Positions 27,031 through 40,575 of a stretch of DNA of 64,000 bases are shown in pieces. Position 1 is the first letter of the stretch. Each line of letters starts with the position of its first letter. This DNA is from Octopus vulgaris. Taxonomy: Eukaryota. The notes beneath the pieces were generated by a model that saw only the letters and a program-made list of their open reading frames with translations, was not told the DNA's origin and made no database searches. The stretch lies in the NCBI GenBank assembly GCA_951406725.2, contig OX597821.1, positions 58,404,001-58,468,000 on the forward strand, in the 5' to 3' direction. The position numbers were made by a program, and so were the translations under genes.

Positions 27031-28141
27031 CATAAAAGACAAACTAATACTAGTAGAAAGCTACGATTTACAATGTGACATGAGGAAACATGTGTGATTT
27101 ATACCTGTACAAGTTCTGTTTCTTGCGATAACTGGAAGCAGGTCAGGGGGAAATCTTTAATGAATAATGCTCCCTGTATGTCCCAAACATATTTGAACTT
27201 ATTTAAATGTTTATGTTTGTAGTGTGGGTGTTGTGCGTGGGTGTTGTGTGTGTGTGTGTGTGCGTGTGTGTGTGTGTGTGTGTGCATATGCACATATGTA
27301 CAAATGAGGGAGTGCTGAGAAGTTCCTGGCTTTGGGTGAAAGAAAATACAGGAGGATCAGTTAATTATGATTTTATTCACCATATTCCCCTCTCAGATTC
27401 ACACACTTAGGGCAGTGGTCCCAAGGACAATAATGAAATACCATATGCACATCACCCTGATGGAGGAGTAGCATGGTAAATTAGGAGCAACAAATATGTA
27501 GGATTGCGTTCGTGTCATAAATCTGTCCGAGCAAAGCTGACCAGGGAATACACAACAACATCATGTTTTATAACTAAAAAAAATTTTTTTTCCCTTCTTG
27601 ATATGCAATTTATCATCACAAAAATGTGAAAGTAAATCATCTTTAAAATAAATGAAAATAAATTGCGATAGAAACCAAGAATCAAGTGGCTCCTCTTGAA
27701 AAAAGGGATTACCTCATAACCCAAGTAAATCGATAAGAACAACTTCCAGTTGGTTCTTTCAGTACAACTCCTTAATCATGCAGGATTATTGCATTGCTCA
27801 CATGTAACTGTGTTGGTTATCATGTGGTCCACATGCAAGCATCAAATTGCCTGCTGTATAGTGTTCATTGCTGGATACAGTATGTTGGAATAGTGTATTT
27901 TGTTACTTTTCATGAAATATTTAACATATAACTCCTTGGTGCCAGTGGATGTGGCAGAATGAGGGTGTTCTATAGATTCTCTTTATAAAAATTTGCTATG
28001 TTACTGTCGTCACTTCCAGTTTCTATCACAATTTCCATTTTTTAAGGATAATTTACTTTCATTTTTTTTTTTGACAGCAAACTGCATGTTACCCCACAAC
28101 AAAAAGAAAAAAAATTAAATAGATGTTAAATAGCCTCTTAC

Positions 28142-28463
28142 GATCTTTTGAATATCATTTTTGGACAATCTGGATGACTGTTTAGTAAAGCACGAAATAC
28201 TTCTTGACTGCCTATGATGCCAAAAGCCTTTTCAGAAAATTTTTTCCACTTGCTGTAGCTGATGGTGGAGCCCTCAGTTTCAGCATTCTTAGTTTCCGTT
28301 GGAGGTTCAGCAGATTTTTTTATTTGTCCCAACTCAGCATCTAAGACAGTCTTTTCTAACATGTTACGGGTTTTAGTAAGAAGTTTATCACTAAGAAACA
28401 GTTTAGACACTCGCACTTTATAGCCAAGAGTCTTTTGTTTATCCTCATGTCGAAGAATGCTTC
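28142..28463 (-). CDS. Uncharacterised minus-strand gene, coding exon 5
   Basis: ttttcttgtctag| to |gtaaga, 322 nt open, phase 1/2. SILRHEDKQKTLGYKVRVSKLF...PKMIFKRS. Confidence 0.7.
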
Positions 28464-28690
28464 CTAGACAAGAAAAGAAAATCGTAAAAACAAATGCTTG
28501 ATTAAAAATTTGTAGAGAAAATTTTTTTTACTATTAGCACAAGGCTTAAAATTTTGGTGGATATGGCTAGTCAAATACTTCGATCCTATTATACAAGTGG
28601 TACTTATTTTATCAACCCCAAAAGGATGAAAGGCAAGGTCAATCTCGGTGGAATTTGAACTTAGAATGTAAAGATGGACAAAATGCCTAC

Positions 28691-29095
28691 AAGCAGGAGT
28701 GGCTGTGTGGTAAGTAGCTTGCTAACCAACCACATGGTTCCGGGTTCAGTCCCACTGCGTGGCATCTTGGGCAAGTGTCTTCTGCTATAGCCCTGGGCCG
28801 ACCAATGCCTTGTGAGTGGATTTGGTAGACGGAAACTGAAAGAAGCCTGTTGTATATATGTATATATATATGTATCTGTGTATTTGTGTGTCTGTGTTTG
28901 TCCCCCTAGCATTGCTTGACAACCGATGCTGGTGTGTTTATGTCCCCGTAACTTAGCGGTTCGGCAAAAGAGACTGATAGAATAAGTACTGGGCTTACAA
29001 AAGAATAAGTCCCGGGATCGAGTTGCTCGACTAAAGGCGGTGCCCCAGCATGGCCGCAGTCAAATGACTGAAACAAGTAAAAGAGTAAAAAAGAG
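28691..29095 (+). mobile_element. tRNA-derived SINE (family 1), full length
   Basis: A box tggctgtgtggt, B box gggttcagtccc, core gggcaagtgtcttct..tatagccc, internal microsatellite, tail ...gactgaaacaagtaaaagagt. Confidence 0.85.
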
Positions 29096-29544
29096 TAAGC
29101 ATCTTGTCTGATGTGCTAATAATTCCGGTAGTTCACCATCTTAAGAAAAAAAGCAACTGTGTGAATATATTATATTCTCACCAGTCCTCAGTCAAATCAT
29201 CCAACCCATGCTAGCATGGAAAGCGGACGTTAAACGATGATGATGATGATGATGATGATGACACACATAAACAGAGAGAGGGGGTAAGGAAAGAAGGAGA
29301 GAGAGAAAGAGAGAAGGAGGGACAGAGAGAAAGAAGGAGAGAAATATTAAGATGAAACATTAAAACATCTGGTGTCAAATAAGTCGGCGTCAAATCAGTG
29401 ATTCCAAATAGGCGGTGGTGAAATATCTTTGCCAAAATGTCTCATATCCTACTCATCATGCCATATGTTAGCTTGTTCAGAACTGATCAATGACTTCACA
29501 ACAACAGAAAGAGTATCATCCCTCTTCTTTCCTGTAACCACAAC

Positions 29545-30640
29545 AACATCATCATCATCATCATCATTTAATGTCCATTGTTCATGCTGACATGGTTTGG
29601 ATGGTTTGACCAGGGCTGACTTGGCATGGTTTCTATAGTTGAATGCCCTTCCTAACACCAACCACTCAGAGAATGTAACGGGTGCTTTTATGTGCCACCA
29701 GAACAGGTGCCATTTGCGTGACACCAGTATCTGCCACAACTGCAATTTTATTTGGCTTGATGGGTCTTCTTCTCAAGCATGACATAATGCCAAAGGTCTT
29801 GGTCATTCGTCATTGCCTCCATGACACCTAACACTCAAAAGGAGCTTTTCACATGATTGACCACTTTGCCAATGCTCAAAAGGTGCTCTTTATGTGCCAC
29901 TAACATGGATGCCAGTTACGTGAAACCAGCATCAGCTACAACTACGATTTCACTTGGCTTTATGGGTCTTCTCAAGCGCAGAATATCGCCAAAGTCTCAG
30001 TCACTGGTCATTGCCTCTGTGAGGCCCAAAGTTTGAAGATCATACTTCACCACCTCATTCTATGTCTTTCTGGGTCTACCTCTACCACAGGTTCCCTCCA
30101 GAGTTAGAAATTGGCACTTCTTTACACAACTGTCCTCGTCCATACATGACCATACCAGTGCAGTCGTCTCTCTTGCACATTACATTTGATGCCTCTTATG
30201 CCCAAATTTTCTCTTAAGATGCTTACACTTTGTCAAACATGCACACTGACATTGCACATCCAGTGAAGCATACTGGTTTCATTTCTTTTCAAGCTAACAC
30301 ATGTCCTTGGTTGTCACAGCCCATGTTTCCCTGCCGTGTAGCATAGCTGTTTGTACACTGGCATCGTACAATCTGCCTTTCACTCTGAGGGAAAGGCCTT
30401 TTGTTGCCAGCAGAGGTAGGAGCTCTCTAAGTTTTGCTCAGCCTATTCTTATTCTCACAGCCACACTCTCAAAGCAACCACCTCCACTACTAACTTGGTC
30501 ACTTAGACAATGGAACCTATCTACTACCTCTAGTTTACCCCGCTGGCCATTGACGGAGTATATTTTTTGTACATTTTCGGTGTTTATTCTACCTGTGCAC
30601 CTTACACACACAAATACTATTTTCCCAATTAACCTTCCTC
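29545..30640 (-). mobile_element. RTE-clade LINE 3' fragment with 3' UTR and (GAT)n tail
   Basis: [32 protein letters not shown] (post-RT region) is contiguous with the ...gaagggcattcaac...cagcatg...(gat)n tail shared by many short repeats in the window. Confidence 0.8.
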
Positions 30641-30751
30641 TGATATCTTCAGGATTAAATAAAAAGACAACAAACAGAAGATATGACATACCTGTATATA
30701 TATATATATATGTGTGTGTGTATACACATATATACACATACATATACATAC

Positions 30752-30784
<33 letters not shown>

Positions 30785-30905
30785 CATACATATATATACA
30801 TATATATACATATATATATACATACATATATATACATATATATATACATACATATATATACATATATATACATACATATATATATACATACATACATATA
30901 CATAC

Positions 30906-30936
<31 letters not shown>

Positions 30937-31067
30937 CATATATATACATACATATATATGCATATATATACATACATATATATACATATATATACATATA
31001 TATACATACATATATATACATATATATACATATATATACATATATATATATACATATATATACATAT

Positions 31068-31355
31068 ATGGTTAGGGTAGTGGACTCGCGGTCATAGGAT
31101 CGTGGTTTCAATTCCCACACCGGGCATTGTGAGTGTTTATTGAGTGAAAACATCTAGAGCTCCACGAGACTCCGGCAGGGGATGGTGGTAATCCCTGCTG
31201 TACTCTTTCACCACAACTTTCTCTCACTCTTTATTCTGTTTGCCTGCTTGCTTAGCCAACAGGGTGGTGTCATTGAAGGCTAAAACAATGCGAAGTGCAT
31301 TGTGACCAGCGATGTGTAGCAACATCTGATGGCCTGGTGGTCACATGATCACGTG
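31068..31355 (+). mobile_element. tRNA-derived SINE inserted in (TA)n
   Basis: tggttagggtagtggactcgcgg...ggtttcaattccc head, ends ggtcacatgatcacgtga. Confidence 0.75.
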
Positions 31356-32113
31356 ATATATATATATATATATATATAATTTAAAAAACATATAGTAAAT
31401 AGACATATAAACATATACTAAATACATAGATGAATGGAAAACACAGGTCACCAACTCGTCTTTGGTTTTCAGCCAGAGTCAAGCACAATTTCGGCCATTA
31501 TCAATAATATTGCTCCCATCCTGGAGGCACCAGCAAGAAACTTGCCAGGAATGGGACCAAAGCATAACAAAACAATATGGGCCCGAGACGAGACTTAGTA
31601 GACAGATGAGGGACAAGATAATAAACAGAATAAAGGTTTAGGGCAACACAAAGACAACAATTAAAATGTTAATGATACAGCAAAAAAAAAAAAACCTTAA
31701 GGCTGCAAGACAAGACAAAAATGGGTAACGTGAAGGAGAAATGAAAAACTGTCCAAAAGGACTATAGGGATGGTGGCGTAGGGCAAGGAGCTCAGAAAAT
31801 CATGACCAGTCCGATTGAAGGCAATGCGAAAAAGAATGATGCCACCTTAGGCTGTCAGGAATCACGTGGTAGTAGGAGGAGGGTAACAGTGAAAGATAGA
31901 TAGATAGAGAGAGAGAGAAAGGAAATAAGAGAAGCAGAGTAAAGGAAATAAGAGAAGCAGAGTAAAGGAAACAGACAGAGTGCAGCAAAAATATTCCAAG
32001 AATTTTTCTACAAATGGGTAAAAAAGTTATGAGTGTGTGCGTTACATAAATATTTTCAGGATTAGAAAAAAGACATCAAACAGAAAATAGGACATACCTG
32101 TATATATATGTAT

Positions 32114-32195
<82 letters not shown>

Positions 32196-32359
32196 AAATT
32201 AGAGAAGAACCACCATGTAGCAATTCAACAATGAAATAACAATGTTATAATTAAATTATACCATATAGAACAAAATTAAATATACGATAAAACATATACC
32301 AATAATTAAGTAAAATACAAAATAATAAATAAATAGTATATAATTGGTAAAAAGACAAT

Positions 32360-32412
<53 letters not shown>

Positions 32413-32439
32413 AAAAAAACATGTAGTAAATATTGCTGT

Positions 32440-32692
32440 GTGGAGGCGCGTGGCTTAGTGGTTAGGGTATCAGCACCATGATTGTAAGATTATGGTTTCG
32501 ATTCTTGGACCGGGCAACGCGTTGTGTTCTTGAGCAAAACACTTCATTTCACGTTGCTCCAGTTCACTCAGCTGGCAAAAATGAGTAATGCTGTGATGGA
32601 CTGGCGTCCCGTCCAGCTAGGGAATACATACGCCATAGAAACTGGGCCCATGAGCCTGGCTAGGCTTTAAAAAGGGCTCATTTATTTATTTT
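32440..32692 (+). mobile_element. tRNA-derived SINE (family 2)
   Basis: tggcttagtggttagg A box, ggtttcgattc B box, cttgagcaaaacactt core, (ttta)n tail. Confidence 0.75.
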
Positions 32693-32835
32693 AAATATTG
32701 CTGCACCTCTTACGTGCCCAAACCTTACTCCAGGTACATCTTATGGAGTTTCTACCTACACCTTTTCAACAGATTGAACAGGGCCATCTACCTGAAAGGA
32801 TTTGTGACTTGTGATTTGTCTGCCTTCTTACTTAC

Positions 32836-32914
32836 CTACACCAATAAACTGTACTTCATCATGAGAGCTAGAAGAATCCCCCAACAAGACTAGGCCAAAA
32901 GTAAAGTGGTTTGG
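32836..32914 (-). CDS. Uncharacterised minus-strand gene, coding exon 4
   Basis: tatccctatag| to GTAG|gtaagt (consensus donor), 79 nt, phase 0/1. PNHFTFGLVLLGDSSSSHDEVQFIGV. Confidence 0.55.
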
Positions 32915-33191
32915 CTATAGGGATACAGTGCAGCTTGGGGCAGGACATCAATGCAATCGTCTATAGTTTTAGATCTTATTTGTAGTCGCAATTATCAGTA
33001 ATGAACACATTACTGAGAACTGGGTCTCTGAATTCATCTCTGCAACATTGCACTCCTGTCTACAGGATAAACAAGAACTTTGTTTTAATGCCAACATGCA
33101 AAGAAGATATTGCAAGTGAAAGGAGACTGCATCAATCCTACTACTACTATTGCTGCTGCTGCTGCTGCTACTACTACTACTACTACTACAA

Positions 33192-33230
<39 letters not shown>

Positions 33231-33686
33231 GACCTCACCTTTCATCTTTTTGGGGTTGATTAAATAAGTAACTTAGCGATTCGGCAAAAGAGACCGATAG
33301 AATAAGTACTAGGCTTACGAAGAATAAGTCCTGGGGTCGATTTGCTCTACTGAAGGCGGTGCTCCAGCATGGCTGCAGTCAACTAACTTTTTTTAGCCAC
33401 GTAATAAATATTATATTCCCCCCACCACCATACATCATGGACGCTCTTTTTCTCTTCCCCTCTTTCTTGTCTCACTCTTCACCCTATCCTCTTTTTCTCT
33501 CTTCCTTTTTTTCGCCTCTCTTTCCCTTCAACTAATCACTTGAAAGCACTACAATTACATTCCCTCCACCTCACATCAGGGATGCTTTGCCCTCTTTTTC
33601 TCTAATTATGTGAAAGTATCACCAAAGGGCTAAGTAATGTAATAACAAGCAGAGTTATTATGTCGAACACCTGCTGTTGTACCACC

Positions 33687-33739
<53 letters not shown>

Positions 33740-34220
33740 TATTATTCCATGTTTGACTTTTGCTTTAAAGAAGTTGTATGGTGGACAAGATTCTCTTTGG
33801 CCAATCCCTGATCAACTTCTGTAAGTTTCACTTGCAAAGGAAAATAAGGGTAGAGAAGGAAGTGTTGTCTTCAAGCCAGTTTGCTGAAAGGTGGATGAAA
33901 GTGGCGAGAATGATCCAAGTGAACAGGCCTGCCCTGAGCATACACCTGTAGTTGGGAAAAGGAAACAAAAAAGACACCTGTTTTAAAAGTTGAGGGTACC
34001 CATGGTTTTTGCGTAGGTTTTTCATGAGCAGCCCTCAAATGTCTCTTCTTATTGAGGATCACACAATTTTGATTTCCATTATTAAAAAAAAAATTTGTTA
34101 GTCTTGTTTACATGCAAAACACTCACAACAACACACACTCACATGCATACACACGTTCTTTGTTTTGTCTTGTACTGTCCATGTTTTTCTTAATGTAAAC
34201 CCCAGTGGTTAATAAAGAAA

Positions 34221-34254
34221 TCATCACCACCACCACCACCACCACCACCACCAC

Positions 34255-34344
<90 letters not shown>

Positions 34345-34629
34345 TATTATTATTATTGATTAAGACATGTTGCTTGTCGGTGTTTATTGGTTGTAAATAC
34401 GTTTGATTAAATGGGTCTTCATAAGGTTGTGGGTCTTTGATCTTGCACTTTGTTTCACGGGTATGCTTTGGACGCTGAAGAATCGGCTGACTTTTGATGG
34501 TCCTCTGGACAGTAGGTGGTTTGAAAATTGATGCAAAAATTATGTTTGTTTTAAAACTTGAGATTACATAGAAAGTATTTTGCGTAGGATATGAGCAGTT
34601 CCCATGAGCACTATCTTTTGTTATTATTA

Positions 34630-34661
<32 letters not shown>

Positions 34662-34700
34662 GTTATTATTATTATCATTATTATTATTATTATTATTTTT
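34221..34700. repeat. Compound trinucleotide microsatellites (CAC)(CGC)(CAC)(CAT)(TAT) at 34221-34357 and (TTA)n at 34620-34700
   Basis: Direct reading. Confidence 0.9.
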
Positions 34701-34807
34701 ATTCTTTTCTGTATAGTTTCTTGTAGCCTTTCCAGGTGTATGATATTACTTTCCAGCCTAGATTTTAAACTTGTGGTTTTGTTCACTTTGCGTTCTTTTC
34801 TAAATAC

Positions 34808-34882
34808 TTCCGATTTACTCCTTCCAATGTATTCGGTATTTCTGCCAAAATATGTAAATTCTAAACGTATTGTTCCATATTT
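34808..34882 (-). CDS. Uncharacterised minus-strand gene, coding exon 3 (donor uncertain, ORF stays open to 34190)
   Basis: tttatttcag| acceptor, phase 0, KYGTIRLEFTYFGRNTEYIGRSKSE, candidate phase-0 donor GAA|gtattt. Confidence 0.5.
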
Positions 34883-35123
34883 CTGAAATAAAAACAAGAC
34901 AGAATGTCCATATAGTATAAAATCAAAAGAATGAAAACGAACTATGACTTTTATTTGAAGTAGAAAAAATGGTAAGTATTGAATTTTTTTGAAGTGCTAC
35001 AAAAACATATACTTTGAGACAAAATGAAAATTAGAAATTGTTACATTCTTCAAGCCTTTCCCAATGATCTTTCTAGAGAATAAGAAGGGAACTAGTTTCA
35101 ACTAGGAATTCTTATAAGTAATA

Positions 35124-35528
35124 GGCATAGGAGTGGCTGTGTGGTAAGTAGCTTGCTTACCAACCACATGGTTCCGGGTTCAGTCCCACTGTGTGGCACC
35201 TTGGGCAAGCATCTTCTACTATAGCCTCAGGCTGACCAAAGCCTTGTGAGTGGATTTGGTAGACGGAAACTGAAAGAAGCCCATTGTATGTATGTATGTA
35301 TATATATGTGTATGTTTTTGTGTGTCTGTGTTTGTCCCCCCCAACATTGCTTGACAACCAGTGTTGGTGTGTTTACATCCCCGTAACTTACCAGTTCGGC
35401 AAAAGACACCAACAGAATAAGTACTAGGCTTACAAAGAATAAGTCCTGTGGTTGATTTGCTCGACTAAAGGCGGTGCTCCAGCATGGCCACAGTCAAATG
35501 ACTGAAACAAGTAAAAGAGTAAAGAGTA
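35124..35528 (+). mobile_element. tRNA-derived SINE (family 1), full length
   Basis: Collinear with 28691-29095. Confidence 0.85.
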
Positions 35529-35599
35529 TGTATCATACTAAATGCAGATACGTTGCAAAAGGCAAATTTACTGTAGTATTCATCAGCAGATGATATCTC

Positions 35600-36020
35600 T
35601 TTACTAGCGTCACCTTACTGGCACTTGTGTCCTGTGCTAGTAGGGTGCTAAGAGCACCATCCGAGCGTGATCGTTGCTAGAGCGGCTAGCTGGCTTCCGT
35701 GCCAGTGGCATGTAAAAGGCACCATTCGAGTGTGATCGTTACCAGCGTCGCCTTACTGGCACCTGTGCCAGTGGCATGTGTAAAAAGATTCGAGCGAGGT
35801 CGTTGCCAGTACCGCCTGATTGGCCCCCATGCTGGTGACACGTAAAAGCACCCACTACACTCTCGGAGTGGTTGGCGTTAGGAAGGGCATCCGGCTGTAG
35901 AAACTCTGCCAGATCAAGATTGGAACCTGGTGCAACTATCTGGTTCTCCAGCCCTCAGTCAAATCGTCCAACCCATGCTAGCATGGAAAGCAGACGTTAA
36001 ACGATGATGATGATGATGAT
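35600..36020 (+). mobile_element. RTE-LINE 3' tail repeat
   Basis: Same family. Confidence 0.75.
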
Positions 36021-36534
36021 CCTGTGTTTAATGACATAAATATATTAGTAGCTGGCAAAAATATTGTGATAATTGCAGTATGTTACTGATTAATATCTTA
36101 AAACCACTCTCAATTATCTATCATTTTATAGTGTTGTGCCACTTATTAAATTTGAGCTGTGTTCCTAATGTTATCTGATGAATATCAAAGTCTCAGGTAA
36201 GCTTTGTAGTTACATGCAGAAATCCTGAGGGAGGAAACTGGCAAGCAGCTGTGATAGAAGGTGTTACCTGCAAGCAAGCACAGAACTGTCTATAAATTAT
36301 ACGAGGTGAATTTTCTTATTTGAAACCTATGTAATTTATCATAATGTTTTTTTTCCGAGAGTCTTACATAACAAATATCCTAGCAGTAGCAACAGTGAGA
36401 GTGCTATATGTGCATTTCCGCGTCTTTGAGCTTTGTCAGTAGTGTGAATTCACTGCCAGCTACATGCTATGTTTACCTATTATACGTGGGCCAGTTAATT
36501 TCTGACCTGCAAAAACTTATTGGACATTTATAGG

Positions 36535-36910
36535 TACAGGTGTGGCTGTGTGGTAAGAAGCTTGTTTCCCAACCACATGGTTCCAGGTTCAGTCACACTT
36601 TCATGGCACCTTAGGCAAGTGTCTTCTACTATAGCCTTAGGCTAACCAAAGCCTTGTGAGTGAATTTGGTAGATGGAAACTGAATGAAGCCCGTTGAGTG
36701 TGTGTGTGTGCATGTGTGGTGTCTGTGTTTGTCCCCCTGTCACTCCTTAACAACCAATGTTGGTGTGTTTACATTCCCTTAACTTGGCAGTTTAGCAAAA
36801 GAGTTTGATAGAATAAGTACCAGGCTTGAAAAAGAAAAAAAGTACTGTGGTCGATTCATTTGACTGAAATTCTTTAAGGTAGTGTCCCAGCATGGCCACA
36901 GTCTGATGAT
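36535..36910 (+). mobile_element. tRNA-derived SINE (family 1), older copy
   Basis: Collinear with 28691-29095, more diverged. Confidence 0.75.
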
Positions 36911-37311
36911 ACACATGCATAACTGCACACATGTGCATATCCATGCATAACTGTATGGTTGAGAAGTTTGCTTCACAGCTGTATGGTCAGTTATCCTCAC
37001 AACCATGCAAACAAATATCTTCTACTAAAACCCAGGCCAAATAATGTCATGTGAGTGAATTTGGTAAATGGAAATGACCAAAGTAACTTGGGACCTATGA
37101 AAGGAAAAGTTTATGAAGCGAATCGTTTCCTGGATTCTTATGCACCATTTGAAACCCAGTCTAAATTTTTCTGTGAGTCCCCACCTAGTGTTCTTGGCAT
37201 TAGCACTAAAAAATTTATGTAAGTTGACTGTTAACCTGTGACTATATCTTGTCAAACTTAGTTCAAAACAAACTAAAACCCTTTTGTTTAGCATGACGTA
37301 ATTTAATTAGA

Positions 37312-37682
37312 ACAAGAGCACTCAGAAAGTGCAAACCTCCGCCAAGGCAACACCAATGTCCTCTCAATGATTAGCCAGAGAGGATTTTTAAAATGAGAAT
37401 ATCTAAAATAAACTCTACTGCTCTTACAAATGAGAATACTAAAAATGAACCCGACTGCTCTCAAAAATTAAGTAAAAAAAAACAGGAAAAATAATCTAGA
37501 ATCCTTGTTCAGAACCAGATCAATCCCAAAATCTAATCAGTTTGTGCCAGTCACAAGGACAAACATCCCTGAAAGTTTCATCCGAATTCATCTGGTGGTT
37601 CTTGAGATATCTTCTCCACAGACAAACAAACAAATAAACATGACTGAAAACAATACCTCCGCCTTTGCTAAGGCAGAGGTAA
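37312..37682. mobile_element. Possible non-autonomous Helentron/DINE-like element
   Basis: Subterminal acctccgccaaggc near the left end and a terminal GC-rich hairpin acctccgcctt-tgct-aaggcagaggt. Confidence 0.4.
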
Positions 37683-38169
37683 AGATACTATAAATACATA
37701 ACCCAAATTAAATTCTCCCTCTTTCTTCAGTGCCTTGCCCAAAGCTCATTGTTCTTTCACCTGGTACCTAACAGAAGGAGCACCTACTGCATGTTTCTGA
37801 GGGACTATACAACTCCACCCTCTTTACTCAGCAACCTAGTGGAGTGAATTGTTTTATTCTCTTTCTCTCTTTTTTCCTTCCAACCAGATGAACACAGCTA
37901 CTTAAGAAATTCTTAACAGAACTTTGACTAATCTTTGTGCAACTCGAGGAAGTTGCTTCTTATATTGTAACAGTAAAATAAAGACCATTCCAACCACGAG
38001 CGTAGCTAGAGTGTGTGCCACCCGGGGCAACTCTTCCATTTTCCACCCCTAGACCCCACAAAAAACACACATTGCCTAAAGCAGACCTAAAAGTGGTGCC
38101 CCTTTAAAAGTGCCACCCCTACTGCCCCTCCCCCAAGCAATGCTAGTGATTCCAACCATCGTTTTTTGA

Positions 38170-38478
38170 AAAAAACATTTGAACAAGGTCGTTGTCAGTG
38201 ACACTGGACTGGCTCCTGTGCAGGTGGCACATAAAAAGCACCATTTGAGCGTGGCCATTGCCAGTACCACCTAACTGGCTCTTGTGCTGGTGGCATATAA
38301 AAGCACCCACTACACTCACGGAGTGGTTGGCATTAGGAAGGGCATCCAGCTGTAGAAACTCTGCCAGATCAGATTGGAGCCTGGTGCAGCTATCTAGTTC
38401 GCCAGTCCTCAGTTAAATTGTCCAACCCATGCTAGCATGGAAAGCAGACGTTAAACAATGATGATGATGATGATGATC
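38170..38478 (+). mobile_element. RTE-LINE 3' tail repeat
   Basis: Same family. Confidence 0.75.
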
Positions 38479-38622
38479 CATTACATTTACATTACTCCAA
38501 ACACATGAAAGCAGGACTAACTAAAAGTCTGAAAACAAGAATGCATGTTTAGGACAAAATTATGAAGATGCTCTGGACGAGCAAAAGACAAAAATGTAGG
38601 AAACTTAAAGTACCCAGCCTAC

Positions 38623-38813
38623 CTGTGGTTTCACTTCATTAATATTGCTTGATCTAAATTTAATAAAGCCAACAGTTTTATGACTTGATATTTGTTTATT
38701 CTCCAATAAAGTTGCTAATGTCATGGTCAAATCGGTATTCAGAAATCCAGGTTTTACACGTATCATACAGCAATCTTTCCATTTGTTAGAATACAAGAAT
38801 TTCCAGAAACTAT
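38623..38813 (-). CDS. Uncharacterised minus-strand gene, coding exon 2
   Basis: tgtgcag| to CAG|gtaggc, 191 nt, phase 1/0, in phase with the previous exon. DSFWKFLYSNKWKDCCMIRVKPGFLNTDLTMTL...TVGFIKF...KPQ. Confidence 0.7.
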
Positions 38814-39087
38814 CTGCACAGAACAAGGAAATAAGAAAAAATACATTAAAACTTTTGAGAGGAAAACAAAATTATTGGATTTACCATCCACTGTTCAAGA
38901 GACAGACCTCACTCATCAACCAGTAAGGTGGGTGGGGTTGAAGGTGCATTGCTTAATGGATAGGGTATTCAGCTTATGGCTGTAAGGTTGTGAGTTCGAT
39001 TCCCAGCAGTGTGTCGTGTCCTTGAGCAAAACATTTTATTTCATGTAGTCCCAGTTCATGCAGCTGACAAAAAAAACCCCAGTAGTA

Positions 39088-39589
39088 CCGTAAATCTTTG
39101 AGTATAATCTGCATTTTTTCCCCAAAATCCCTAGTGCGTATTATACACAAGGTTAAAAATGAAAAATATTTTCTAAGCAATGTCCGAATCTCTAATTGCT
39201 GTCTGGCAATGTTTATTCAGACACATTTTGTGATGTCGGGCACGAAAATATACCTTAAGCTAAGCCTGAAAGCAATGAAGTCATAAAAGAATCATCCATA
39301 ACTTGCAGTAAGCAACATTTATTAAACGTTATTACTGTTATTTCTTTATTTTCTGCAAACAAAATGCACAAAAATGCTACACGTTTGCATTATGTTATAT
39401 ATATACAATAATAATAAAGTTCATTACCATATACAGTTTTACAAACCAAGGACGTTATATAGCCCTCTTTGATTCAAGTTAGAGAAGGAGTGCATATTAT
39501 ACACAAAGTTTAGGTTTTTCAGAGGTACAGCCCCCTAAAAATCCCCTGTGCATTATACTCAAGGACGGACTATATTCGAGGATTTACGG
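39088..39589. mobile_element. pogo/Tc1-type MITE inserted in a SINE
   Basis: TIRs ccgtaaatctttgagtata / tatattcgaggatttacgg flanked by TA. Confidence 0.75.
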
Positions 39590-40575
39590 TACCTATATTT
39601 CAAAGGACCAGCCTTGTCACATTCTGAATTTTGCTAAGTCTCCTTGAAAACTACATTATGAGTGTGTCTGGGGAGCACTCAACAACTTGCACCATTAATC
39701 TCACGAGTAGGCTGTTCCATTGTTGGGTCAACTGGAACCCTCATCAACATAACAGACAGTGCTAGTTATGGCAGTGTTACTCATTTGTATCTGAGTGACT
39801 AAAGCAAACTGAAATAAAGAGTGTAGTAAGTCACCTATGTAGAAAGTCACCAATTTAGTGAGGGTGTTCGTTTGTTGTGTCTACAATTTTAGTGTGAGTG
39901 CATTTATAGTGTCACCAGTGTAGTGAGAGTGTTGTCAATAATTTATAGTGTGGAAGTTGGTAAAAGGAAAAATATCAGAAAGCAATTTTTATTCAAAAAT
40001 ATTTTTTAATTAACATCACTTGACAAGTAGTAAGATGTGTAACTTGTATGTATGTGTGTGTGAGTCAGGGAAAGCTTTTATCACTTATGTTTGTACAATA
40101 GATTTAGTGGTAAGTCACGAGTTGATATAATTCAGAGTTAGCCTCACAACAAAGATGTGAAGAACAAAGAGCTGTTCCATGTTGAAAGAGAGATGTGATA
40201 TAATTCAAAACTAGCAGACACGAAGTTGGTGTGCAAAGCAAAGTTGCCGCTCCATGTCGAAAGATAGATGTTACTTTTCTGCTCTCTATCGGCTAATTAA
40301 ATTAAAACTCTCACTTCTCTTCATGGGCAAAGAACTGCCTCTAGTATTGATATACGCCCAGCTCTGATTGGCTGGAGTTCTTATAGTGCAACAACATGGC
40401 AACAAAAGTAGCATTTCTGACTCACTGCAAGAGTTTTTCTCTAGAGCACCAACACATTTGGGAACTGAAACAGCGACCACATGATTGTGAGCATAATACC
40501 TCTAATTACTAGGCCATACCTTCACTGCCTGTTGGAGTGTGTTTAAGTTATTCAAATCATTTAACTTATATTTAC

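Noticed and set aside
32836-33060. Longer exon 4 using the acceptor at 33061
   Set aside because: All frames hit stops before the donor, whereas the acceptor at 32915 gives an open, phase-compatible exon.
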